From: Phoronis australis
Lineage: Eukaryota > Animalia > Phoronida
Reading direction: 5' to 3'
NCBI GenBank assembly: GCA_002633005.1
Contig: NMRA01000301.1
Coordinates: 434,001-498,000, forward strand
DNA length: 64,000 nucleotides
In this document: positions 52,431 to 64,000 of the stretch, one piece after another
Layout of the letters: each line of letters begins with the position of its first letter
Position numbering within the stretch: the first letter of the stretch is position 1
The notes under the pieces: model-generated
What the model was told of the DNA's origin: nothing
Database searches by the model: none
The model's input: the letters and a program-made list of their open reading frames with translations, nothing else
Position numbers and translations under genes: made by a program

Positions 52431-54069
52431 AAACAGTTTGAAAATATTTTTGCCCCAACCGGGACTCAAACCCTGGACTGACGGCAAACGGAGGTGTTGA
52501 AATTATCCAGTGACGTCATTGGTTTCACACGCAGTCTGTTCAGCAGTTCACAACAGGGGTTGCTGGTGTCAGCTTATCGCTTGAATTCATGGTTTAGCAC
52601 CAATAAATCATCAAACTTCAAATTGAATGTAAAACCATTAAAAATACACCTAAAAACGTGTTGTTTTATTTCGCTGTCACTGATTTATTGGTATTTGGAC
52701 TCACTGTAGCCTACAAAGTTCGGCAGGCCAATTTACCAAGGTTCTTAGCAGGAGTTTGGGTCTGTTTGAAGATAAATTTGAAGTATTCCTCCGTGAAATA
52801 TAGACAGGAGAACCTAGATCTGCGTTGTTTATACTTGTGATTTTTTGAGTTCTAAACACACAAAATGCTTGTTATACCGGCCAGTGACTCGGAACCTGAT
52901 CAGACCCGTTGCGGCCGCAGGGACTGGCATGAACATAAACCAGCTTGAGTTGGAAACTAAACCTCCAGTCACAAAAAGACTATAATAGTGAGCCAAACAA
53001 ATAATGTGCACATAATTGTTTGTGAATTAGCCACGAAACTGAAAATTTACTTAATTGTCGGGGGGCTGCGAAGTCGGGTTCCCCTTTCACAGACCGTCAG
53101 GGCAAAATGAACAATGATTTGAATAATGTATAGTATTTCTAAATAAAGATTTCCCTAACATGTGACCATAGCATATAAAATCGAGTAATTGTTTCACAAC
53201 AGCTTTCTGTCAACAAACACTGAATTAGCATGCGCTCACATGGCCTCGGTGCAGGGTTAATTACCTTTGTTGTCGGCATCAAAAGCCGGTAATGCAGTGG
53301 TTTATTCATTGCTGGCTTCTCAACATTTGCACTCGCGAATACTGCAAAGGCATTACAAACTGTATCTGATGAGACAGACTTTTACAGTTTCACATAAGCA
53401 TTGGCTAGGATGAGAATAATTCATTTTGAAACAGAATGCAGAATAGTAAACGTCTACATGGCAACTCGCCCGTCGCCAATCCCGACTTAGTCAAGAGCTC
53501 ATGCGACGAAGACTTACGGGTCGGACCGTCGTGGGATTGTTAGATTTCGCAGGCTATCAATTCGAACAGGAATACCGGCACGAATCAAGAAATACTAGAG
53601 AGGCGCCGTGAACATGCACAGGCAACGGAATTCGTTACTGTTGACGAAATGCCGGCCACAGACACGGAGATGTTTCAAGGCCTCATACTTGCTATTAACA
53701 GTGTACCTTTCATTCTTCACTACCGCGAGCCACTTCCTAAGCATTTCGGGCTCTCGAGGAAGTCGAAAAAATTATTTACCCGCTTTCTTCGGAGCATCAT
53801 AGTTTGGACAAGTGGGAACGATGCACCGCAATATAGCGACATTCACTCTGCAGACGAACCACTGACGTCGCTGCGTCGTTTCTTACCTTCCTCACAGGTT
53901 AACGCGACACCTCTCGGCAAGGTGAGGTCGACCGTACAAGAGGCAATGTGGATATAAAACGATTTAGATGGTAAAAATGACTAATTAAATCGGGAGGCAT
54001 TTTCCTTTAAAAATATTTGCGATATACATTTCCACTCCGGTTGAAGAGTTACATTATTTATATAACTCA

Positions 54070-54370
54070 TTTCTGTTGACATGAATTGCTCGACAAAATT
54101 GATAGTGTGTGCGTTAAGTACTTGTTTGATTCATGCAATTTATGTCTTGAACAAATCCCAAGAGGACAACAGCTTGTATGTACGTCGCAAAAATGATTTA
54201 ATGACTGGTACTTTGAACTGTTCGGGACACTTGCTGCCAGCTTGCAAGCACACACCAGCATCATTTGGTTTGTGGTACATAGATTGGATATCAAACCACC
54301 AACAGAGTTAACCAGTATATCCATGAATCGTAATTTGTTATCAACACTTAACTTTTCAATTCCAGATGTT
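54070..54370 (-). pseudogene. Penelope-like RT C-terminal fragment
   Basis: DNKLRFMDILV...YHKPNDAGVCLQAGSKCPEQFKVPVIKSFLRRTYKL. Confidence 0.8.
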
Positions 54371-55059
54371 ACCGAGGACACTTTTGTTCAGTTATTCTTA
54401 ATAGATAACATTTTTTACTGCAACTAAATTATCACATCTTTGCATCAAGATAGTGCTTTGTAACCTTCATGAAACCTCAGGGTTTGGAGTCTGAAAATGC
54501 ATTACAAATCTTGGTTAATTGACAGGTTGTACAGTGTATGCCTAAAGTATCCAGACAAAATGATCTGGGATTCCCAGCCATGTCAGATGGGCAGAGGTCA
54601 ACTTCATCATCAGACTGAGTTAGAAGTCCTCTCTCATGACTGAGTATGAAGGGAAATTAACATTTCGCAATTAGAATTTTGCCCACATCCTGTTAATATC
54701 CAGCCATTTTTGTCATCATAATGGAGAAACAGTATTTTGTCTTGATTACTTTTGCCTTCAGTGCTTATACTATGGGCAATGTTGCGTGAAAGATAGACCA
54801 CCTAAGATCACAAAGCACAGTCATGCAACTATGAGGAAAATGCTATTGAATCGGGGTTAAAGTGTGTGTTGTTTGCAAGTATTTTGAAGGTTAAATTTTT
54901 AATATATATAGACTAAGGCAGGTGTTGTGAATGGGGTGGGGGGCTAAGAAGGGTAATGGGCAGTGTCGAGGAGGGTGAAGGAGGACGAGAGGGGTGGGAA
55001 TCTTTTGTTGTAACAGTGATGTGTGTCAATGTTTCACTGATTGATTTCTTTATTTCCAG

Positions 55060-55182
55060 ACTGCTGATGGTCCAGCGAACAGTAGCAGCTCATGGAAGTT
55101 GGACCCGCAAGAGTTTGCCACTAAGTTTTCTAGTAAAACTAAACTCATCATATTAAACACGCCTAACAACCCATTAGGAAAG
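55060..55182 (+). CDS. KYAT: KYAT-like coding exon 5
   Basis: TADGPANSSSSWKLDPQEFATKFSSKTKLIILNTPNNPLGK (NTPNNP motif). Confidence 0.95.
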
Positions 55183-55519
55183 GTAAAATGGGGCACCGTG
55201 CTGGTGTAAGGGAATTACCTTGTCTCAAAATCCAGTGGTGCCGTGCACTAGGCACATCTGTCAGGCACATTATTTTTATTTTGTTTCCAAGCTATTGTTA
55301 CCCTGCGTCTTACTAATTTCTATGACATTTCGCATTCAAATTTTGCTGTTAAGATGGTTTGCCTTTGATGCTGTAATTGGCTTTTTGATCAAGCTTGTTA
55401 TTCTAACATATGACCTCATTTCACTTTCAAATGTTTTTTTGAATAAAGAAAATAGGTGTTGGAATGCTATGCAGTTGCCGACTGTTAAGAACAGTAAAAT
55501 AGTATAAAGTAAAACGACG

Positions 55520-56170
55520 AACGTTTGAACTAAAATATATTAAAGTATTTCCCACGTTTCGAGTGGTACGCTCTTTATCAATGGTATGACACAGACTTCT
55601 GAATAGCTACTATAATTATATAAAATTGCACAGATGACCGCATGGTGATACACAATAGGTAATAGGGACAATATGTGTCACGACAACTAACAGTGGGGGG
55701 TACACATTATGAAAGGAATGGTTTAAACAAAAACGGAGATGCAACTACTGCAGTCTATACATTACAGACTTGTAGTGAGATAGAATATCTATGTCCCTCT
55801 TTAAACGTCCGGGGTCGGGAGTCTGTCATTCGTCGTGATGGTTTCTCGTATGGAATCAGGGACAAGTTCTCATGGTTGAGTGTGGGTATTGTATATCTGA
55901 TTAGATGTGTCAAATGTCCTCACTCTCGGTATTTTGGGGACACTATCAGGCCTGTAGCCAGCATTGCGTAAGGGGTGGTTCGAATTTTTGGAACGGTGGA
56001 CCTTTGATATTTTGCAAAGATCCACTCGGTATAGTTTCAGTAAAGCCTCTGACACAGCTTAATCAGGGAATAACTCTCAGCTCTATGTTCCTGAGATGTG
56101 ACGGAAATGAGGATGCCGCAACAGTTGATCGTATATAATTGGACTCAAATTCGGATATGTCGTAATGTGG
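55520..56170 (-). mobile_element. Penelope-like 3' fragment, inverted relative to 58940-59420
   Basis: Shares GGGACATAGATATTCTATCTCACTACAAGTCTGTAATG and the terminal hammerhead-like hairpin with the + copy. Confidence 0.65.
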
Positions 56171-56539
56171 TCCAGAAGGAGAACGTTCTTGCGTTACCTT
56201 TCAACAAACTGTCAAAGAAGGCATGCTTAATTACTCAGACGGAATTTTTTAATTTGAGAATGACTTGAAATTTCTATCTGGTTGTATTTTTGCGTGTTAC
56301 TTACATTGCTGGAAAAGGGAACAGCCCACTATTCTGAAGGGTCACTACTCCGAAAGTTCACTACTTCGAAAATATCTAAAATTTAGAGCACAGGTTTAAT
56401 TTTTATACTTTCGTTGTCAGATGCGCTGAGTGGTGTACATATACCGAAAACAACGTCTGGGTACTATTGATTTCATGCGCATACGAAATTATCAGCATCT
56501 TTTTGAGTACGAAAAACTAAGTAGCTCGACTTGCATTTT

Positions 56540-57140
56540 TAAAAGGATGCCAAACCCGGATTTGGCCTTAATTTGACAGATTCTCAAAATGACTTTCCCA
56601 TCCAGTTCTCTGAAACAAAATAGTACTCTGTAACCACTGACAACCCTCAAAAGTTTTCTGAAAATTTTGAAAACTCCCTTCAAAGTTTGCTAAATGGAAG
56701 AGCGACTTGTGACGGCGACTGCGGGAAAAGTCCACCCACCAAGGTCTATATTGTCCAAATTTTGACATGGGGTGTATGAATTGTCAATTGATTCCTTAAA
56801 AAGGATTCAAAACTCTATTTTGATAAATTCAATCAATCCTCGTTATCTCACTTTCTGATGCATCATTGGCGTCAATCTTGAGATGTAAAGCAGCAATCAA
56901 CTAAGAATTCATACTCACTACCTCACGAATTGGACATTATGATCCTTGGCGGGTGCTTTTCCCACAGAAGCAGTGTAACTCACTAAAATCATTTGCAAGG
57001 AGTTTTCTAAATTTTCCTCAAAATTTTAGAGGGTTGTCGAGCCATTAAAGAGCATTATTTTGTTTCAGAGAATTGGATGGGAAAGTCATTTTTAGTATCT
57101 ATTAATAGGACAAAACCGGTTTTGGTATACTTTTAATTTG
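56540..57140. repeat. Diverged foldback with ~150-bp arms
   Basis: AAAATGACTTTCCCATCCAGTTCTCTGAAACAAAATA pairs with TATTTTGTTTCAGAGAATTGGATGGGAAAGTCATTTT. Confidence 0.75.
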
Positions 57141-58346
57141 GAAGATTGACACCAGTGATGCATTGGCAGGTGACAGAACGAGGATTAGTGGAAATCATCA
57201 CAGTGTTATCCTTTTAAAAGATTACCAACTTAAGTAAGGTATTGATGAATTATTACATCACCCAACGGAACTGCACTCACGGCAGGTCGAAACTAAATAT
57301 ATAGTTAGAAGGTTATCCTGTCCCTGCCAGTCTTCACACAGTCAGAGAATTCCATTCAGTTTTCTTAAATTTAAAACCGCCGTTTGTCACCACAACCTGC
57401 ACCCATGCCCCAGATGTTGCCCCTGCTTAAGAATGAGTCGTTACTTAGGTTCAAGAATCACATTTGACAGTGATTAGAACTGAGCTCATTTGTAAACAAT
57501 GTATTCAATGTTTTAAGAACTATTCAAATCTTGCACACCATTTAAATGGTTACTAGATGGATACATATGCAATGTTTCATTCATGTCAGTTCCGACTCAA
57601 TAGCAGACAGCCCGAGTAATGAACCTTTGGAGCAGGCTTACGTCAGAGTAGTGGGCCTTCAGAATGGTGACACTTAACCTTGGAAATCTTTTCAATCAAG
57701 CTTGATGCTCGCATGAAATCTGCGAGACTGTGCACCATTGTCAATGATTGACATGGGAACACTTTCTTCATTGACCAAAATTTTATTAGGTCTAGACCTA
57801 GTTTTCCCCAATAATGTGAACATGCTCGTTTCCTCAGTAGAACACACGGTAGTAAAATGTCTGATTTTTATTTGAGCAACGAAAGAGGACTGCCTATAGT
57901 GAACTTACCATCGGCGTGTACTGGATATAAAAGAATGGAAACGTGTATACGGGCATGCATGTCAATCCAGCAATCCACAATCAAAGTGGACATTGGAAGA
58001 ACGGATTGAGGGGGGCTAAGGAGACCATGGCCCCCTTAAAATTCTCCCAGATTTCATTTGGCAGTTCAGGGGTGCGAATGTCAGACGGGCAAAATCTTGG
58101 CTAATATTCTGCCCTGGCCCCCCTAACTCAAATCCGGATCCGCCTCTGCAATCATTTGATGATCACCTTCAATTCGAAATTTGAAATGCCTGCACCTTAC
58201 CATACTAAGTTAGCAAGTATATTAAAATAGAAGATAATCATATTTTTGCTGTTTTGTTTCTTGGTCGATTTTAAGACATTCATGCCACACTACTTTTTGA
58301 GAACTCTTTCGCTGCTAGTTATAGATATTTACTCCCTTGTTACCCA

Positions 58347-58596
58347 ATTGTTGGTCAAATGGGTGAATGTTACGCCATTAAATTAGGTGCGTAGGATAAT
58401 TCTTGTTAGAGGCATAATTAATTGTGGCGTAAAGTAATTATTTGCAGCTTAAAGTAATTATTTGCGGTGTAAAGTAACTTTTAGTGCCACACATACTAAC
58501 TTTACGCCGTAATGTAGTAATTACTTTACGCCTCTAAGAAGAATTGACTCACGCACGTTATTTAGGGGCGTAACATTCACTCATTTGGCCAACGAT
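58347..58596. mobile_element. MITE with long imperfect TIRs
   Basis: ATTGTTGGTCAAATGGGTGAATGTTACGCC / GGCGTAACATTCACTCATTTGGCCAACGAT; internal TAAAGTAATTATTTGC repeats. Confidence 0.75.
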
Positions 58597-58939
58597 AATA
58601 TAGACGATAATGGTGTAGCAACCACACATGCTCAATGCCAATGAATAACGTAAAGCCTCCTTATCGTCTGCACGATCCTGCCATATGCGTAAACACCACT
58701 AGGATGAAGTTGGGCCCTGGGGCCCGATGATTACGTGAAGCACCTTGAATCAGAAGCAAATACTTCTAACTTAGTTATAATATATTGTAGTTAGTAGTAC
58801 CAGTAGCTGCAACAATGTTGTTGTCGGTGTTGTTGTTCATATATATCCTATCTCTAAGGGATAGGCTGGGGCTGGACCTTTTCCGCGGGGGGGGAGGTTT
58901 GATCGAACCCCCCGAATCTCCCCTGGCTACTGGCCTGCA

Positions 58940-59420
58940 CTTTAACACATTAAGCATAAGAATGAACAGCCACAGACAAACAATCCTGCACAGTAACAGG
59001 GTGGTCCCTGTTGATGATCATTTCAATCTCCCGGAACACATCGGTGACCTTAATGTACTGGTAGTTAAAGGCGGACTGTCAGACATCCACTCACGAAGAA
59101 AGTGTGAGGCCAAGTTTATTGGCAGATGCAGTAACCTCACCAGAGGTTTAAACAGGGACATAGATATTCTATCTCACTACAAGTCTGTAATGAACAGACT
59201 GCAGCAATTACATCTCGTCCATTTCTGTTTATGCCCTTCGTCTTTTCTTGCGTACCCCCTCTGTTTGTTGTTGTGACCCATATTATTCCTTTTGTCTATT
59301 GTGTATCACCATGCGGTCATCTGTGCTACTATGTATCTATCTATTCAGCAGTCTGTCATACCCTTGATGAAGAGCGAACCGCTCGAATGTGGGAAATATT
59401 TAAAAATTGTTTTTCATGGA
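58940..59420 (+). mobile_element. Penelope-like GIY-YIG C-terminus and 3' end
   Basis: LSIRMNSHR...PVDDHFNLPEH...RRKCEAKFI...GLNRD. Confidence 0.82.
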
Positions 59421-59534
59421 CGTACCAAAATGTTATTCATAGTATAGGTTCACTTTTTGGCTCCAGTGCTAGATATTCAGTATTCTAGTTCTGCATCTGT
59501 TGTGTGTCGTATATGTTTAGTCTCTATGTTCCAG

Positions 59535-59655
59535 ATCTTCAAGCGAGATGAGCTGGAGATGATAGCTGACTTGTGCAAGAAGCATGATGTGGTGTGTGTG
59601 TCTGATGAAGTATATGAGTGGATTGCCTTCAAAGGGAGTCAACATGTCAGAATTG
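59535..59655 (+). CDS. KYAT: KYAT-like coding exon 6 (gene continues beyond the window)
   Basis: IFKRDELEMIADLCKKHDVVCVSDEVYEWIAFKGSQHVRI (SDEVY PLP-binding motif); the exon with the catalytic Lys was not found in the window. Confidence 0.95.
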
Positions 59656-59841
59656 GTAATTATACAATTTTGTAGTGATCAGAATAGTTCGGTAGCAGCC
59701 ATTAGTTGATACAAACTTTATTGAAAAGTTAACATTTTTTATTAAACTTTTTGTTTGAAAGATTGATACAAGAGTTGAAACAATCACCTGTCTTCAGCTG
59801 TGTAGCTGTGAAGCATAACTTAAACAATCAATTTAAAACAG

Positions 59842-59880
59842 TAGCAATATTTCGAGACTGCTTGTCTCATCATCAGGCAA
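59842..59880 (-). ncRNA. Minimal hammerhead ribozyme core
   Basis: gc-CUGAUGA-u-GAGAC-aagca-GUCUC-GAAAUAUU-gc; perfect 5-bp stem II, weak stems I and III. Confidence 0.6.
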
Positions 59881-60519
59881 TAAGTAGAATGAACATATAC
59901 ATAGTGACATAAACTGTGAAATACACGTGACAGCGGGAAGAGGGGCATACAAGCAGAGAGTGTGATTGCAACACACGGTAGGAAGTCCACAATCCTAATG
60001 AAACCGAGCAGGTGTGCGGTACAAACCTGTGAGCTGCTCATTCTACAGTTTTTCGTGACTGGTCAATAAGGATTCCAAAATCTTTAACCGAAATGTGTCA
60101 TTTTCAATGTGGCAAATGATGGTATTGTCTACTATTACTTGCCTAGTTATTTTTTGGCTATGTTGGTGAACAAAATGATCTTGAATGGATCAGCCCTGCA
60201 AGTGTATGGACAACCGTTGCGAGAGAGATCATACCATGTGTCCAATGTAATGCTGTTCGTGTGAATGAGGATGTAGACATTCGTCCTTATGACATGTGAA
60301 TTTGGTAATTACATTTGGCCACTGGTCGTAATCTTTCACAACTGGGGTTGTTTTTTACGACAAGCTGACGTGACTTGACATGCTGAAATTAAATAGTAAC
60401 ATTCAGTCTATCATCAGGTTAATGTTATCCTTTACAATCTTCTTAAGTACAAAAAGTTTAGTTGTGTTTTCAACGAAGGATTTGGAAGTGAATGTAGGTT
60501 TTCTGTGCTTTATAATGCA

Positions 60520-63500
60520 CCTCGAATGCCCATGCAGCATGTTGCCGTCATCTCCGTCTGGGCGTCCAGCATCTGGCATCTGTTATTGTATCTCCTAAAT
60601 CTCTCACAGGATCTCAATGAGATTTAACAGACGTGTTCCTGTGAAGCTGAGAACAAATGGCGGTGTGCGGATATGATTACCGCTGTGCCTGCTAGTTGCA
60701 CTTTTAATTTTTTATGGTTGCCTCTGTTAGTTCAGAGTTCTTGAATGGATTTTCATGAAATTTTCAAACAGATTTCTAATAAGGGGACATTGACATCCTT
60801 CCTTTTTCAGACGGTTTTGATGATTCTGCACCACCTAGTGGCCATTTTTATGCACCCACATATTTGTATGTGGACACAATATGCCGTCATCTCCGTTCGT
60901 CGGGCGTCCGCTGCTCTATCTCCATAACGCCTTGACGTATGTTCATGAAATGTTGGACGTGTTCCTTCCATGGATGGGACGGCATGAGCGAACTTTCGAA
61001 GGATCCGACCACCTGTGTGCCCCCTAGTGGCAATTTTAGCTTTATACGTTTATCTCTGTATCTTCAAAAGTCCTGAACAGATATTCATAAAATGTGGTAT
61101 ATAGGCACCTAGTAGTGAGATGACGCTGTCCTGCAGTTTTCGGATGGGTTCAACGTAGTTTGCGCCATTTTTACTGTTTTCGAGTCTGTTTTTTTGCATC
61201 CACCCCACAGATTTTCGTAAAATTCAAATGTAGGCACATATTAGTGAGATGACGTTGTTCTCCCGGATAGATGCGACATAGTTTGCGCCTTCTAGTGGCC
61301 ATTTTTATGCGCCCACATATTTATATGTGGACGCATTATGCCGTCATCTCTGTCTGTCTGTCCGTCCGGGCGGCGTCTGTCCGGCGTCCGCTGCTCTATC
61401 TCCAAAACCCTTTGACATACGTTCATGAAATTTTGCACATATGTTCCGTTCATGAATGGGACGGCATGAGCAAACTTTCGGACGGATCCAACTACTGGTG
61501 TGCCCCCTAGTGGCAATATTAGTTTTTTACGCTTACCTTTGTATCTTCAAAAGTCTTGAACGGATTTTCATGAAATTTGGTATGTAGGCACCTGTTAGTT
61601 AGATGACGCTATCCTGCCGTTTTCGGAATGGATTCGACGTAGTTTGCTTCACCTAGTGGCCATTTTTACTGTTTTCTTTGCGTCCACCCCTCTATCAACC
61701 AAACTGCTCAACGGATGATTGCGAAAACTGGCATGTATGTGCTTACTATGAAGAAAACCGTTGACGATGATTTTCCGATGATTTTGACTACTGTGGCGCC
61801 TCCTGGTGACAGTTTTGTTTTTTGCGCGTATGGCTGTATCTCCTAAACCGTTGGCACGATCTTTACGAAACTTAGTAAGTATATTTATATGATGTTAACT
61901 ACAGAGGATGACGATTTTAGGAGAGATCTGAGTACAGGTGTGCCCCCTAGTAACCATTTTATTTTTTTTTTTACGTTTACCTTTGTATCTTCAAAAGTCC
62001 TTAACGGATTTTCATGAAATTTAATATGTAGGCACCTATTAGTAAGGTGCCCCCTAGTGGCCATTTTATTTTTTTTTACGTTTACCTTTGTATCTTAAAA
62101 AGTCCTTAACGGATTTTCATGAAACTTAATATGTAGGCACCTATTAGTAAGGTGATGCTATCCTTCTGTTTTTTGGTGGATTTGACGTAGTTTGCGCCAC
62201 CTAGTGGCCATTTTTACTGTTTTCGAGTCTGTTTTTCTGCGTCCACCCCTCTATCAACCAAACCGCTTAGAGGATGATTGTGAAAATTGGCATGTGCTTA
62301 CTGTAAAGAGGATGAGTGACAATGATTTTCAGACAATTTCAACAACTTCAGCGCCTCCTAGTGGCAGTTTTGTTTTTGTTGTGCCTATGGCTGTATCTCC
62401 TAAACCGTTCGCAGGATCTTTACTTAATTTAGCAAGTGTATTATATATGATGTTGACTACGGATGACGACGACTTTCGAACAGATCTGATTACTGCTGCG
62501 TACCCTAGTGGCAATTTTATTTTTTTACGTTTAACTCAGTATCTTCAAAGGTCCTCAACAGATTTTCATAAAATTTTAAATATAGGCATCTATTGGTGTG
62601 ATGATGCTATGTTCCTGTTTTTGGATGGAATCGAGGTATTTTGCACCACCTAGTGGCCATTTTTGCTGTTTTTAGCGTCCACCCCTGCATCAACCAAATC
62701 ATTTGAAAATTGGAAAAAATGTTCTCATTGTGAAGACGACCTTTGATGATGGTGACTGACTACTGTGGCGCCTCCTAGTGGTAGTTTTGTTTTGCGCCCA
62801 TAGTTGTATCTCCTAAACCCACTGCAGGATCTTTACTAAATTTAATAAGTGTATTTATATGAAGATAACAACAGACGACGACGACTTTCAGGCGGATCCA
62901 ACGGACACTGTGCCCACTAGTGGCAATTTCATTTTATTCTGTTTTCCTTTGTTGCTCTGAAGTTCCTTGATAGATTTTTATGAAATATGGCATGTTCCTG
63001 TTTTTGCACCATCTAGTGGCCATTTTTAGGATACAAGTAAATAACCCTAAAAGCACACCATTTGCAATGCATTCGTGGGCGCATTTCAACGATTTTCTGA
63101 CGACTTCAACTACTGTGGCGCCTCCGAGTCGCAGTTTTGTTTTCTTGCGTCTATGCCTGTATCTCCTAAACTGTTCGCAGGATCTTTACTAAATTTAGAA
63201 AGTGTATTCATATGATGTGGGCAATGAATGAGGACAACTTTCGGACGGTTCTGACTGCTGGTGTGCTCTGTAGTGACAATTTCAGTTTTTCACGTTGAAC
63301 TCTGTATGTTCAAAGGTCCTCAACTGATTTTCATAAAATTTTGAATATAGGCATCTATTGGTGAGGTGGCGCTATCCTGTTTTTGGATGGAATCGAGGTG
63401 TTTGGCACCACCTGGTGTCCATTTTTGCTGTTTTCGAATCTTGTTTTTGACGTCCACCCTTCTATCAACCGAATCATTCTAGGGATGGTTTTAAAAAATA

Positions 63501-64000
63501 GCATATATGTTCTCATTGTAAAGGGGACGACGTTTGATGATGGCGACTGACTACTGTGGCTCCTCCTAGTGGTAGTTTTGTTTTGTTTTGTGCCCATAGC
63601 TTTATCTCCTAAACCCACTGCAGGATCTTTATTAAGTTTAGTGATTGCATTTGTAATGAAGATAACAACAGATTTCAACGACTTTCAGGTGGATCCAATG
63701 GCCACTGTGTCCCACTTAGGTGGTAATTTCATTTTATTCTGTTTTCCTTTGTTTTTCTGAAGTTCCTTGACACATTTTTATGAAATATGGTATGTTCCAG
63801 TTTTTTGATGGATTGTACGTTTTTGCACCATCTAGTGGCCATTTTTATGATACAAATAACCCTAAAAGCACACCATTTGCGATGCATTCGTGGGCGCATT
63901 TCAAAGCTCTCATTGCTCTTGTTTAAATTTTCCAGCCTAGTCTGTTTTTTGGCTTCTGCCTTTCTATTTGCCAAACCACTTTAAGAATCATTATGAAAAT
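60520..64000 (+). mobile_element. Second compound HINE-like cluster (KYAT intron), running off the window
   Basis: Heads at ~60520, 60846 and 61302; 61302-63090 is collinear with 48096-49800 apart from a local duplication near 62040. Confidence 0.87.

Noticed and set aside
52452-52478. tRNA-like B box on the minus strand
   Set aside because: Only a 3' fragment; no A box or cloverleaf.
53364-53400. CTGATGA as a hammerhead core
   Set aside because: No GAAA follows the putative stem II.
48419-63984. Many 60-150 aa ORFs in the repeat arrays
   Set aside because: Incidental translations of the repeat with no domain motifs; frames are not conserved between copies.
47450-64000. Regularly spaced motif resembling a CRISPR array
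   Set aside because: The intervening sequences are homologous to each other rather than unique spacers, the context is eukaryotic and intronic, and no cas genes are present.

Overview
Eukaryotic (invertebrate-type, AT-rich, transposon-dense) genomic window from a draft assembly with N gaps. It contains two host genes. (1) The first six coding exons of a PLP-dependent kynurenine/glutamine transaminase (KYAT1/KYAT3-like) on the + strand, from 37159 to beyond the window end. (2) A three-exon minus-strand gene, missed by the ORF track, encoding a 53-aa Lys/Ala-rich protein that resembles a free histone H1 tail or a sperm nuclear basic protein (CDS 24311-24936). The rest is mostly decayed mobile DNA: a Gypsy LTR retrotransposon, LINE fragments, several Penelope-like fragments with hammerhead ribozyme cores, many MITEs with readable target-site duplications, and large Helentron/HINE-like elements whose ~150-bp subrepeats mostly carry a CTCF-consensus-like motif. 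Two duplications next to single Ns look like uncollapsed haplotypes that expose insertion polymorphisms. All calls are from manual reading; no database search was run.
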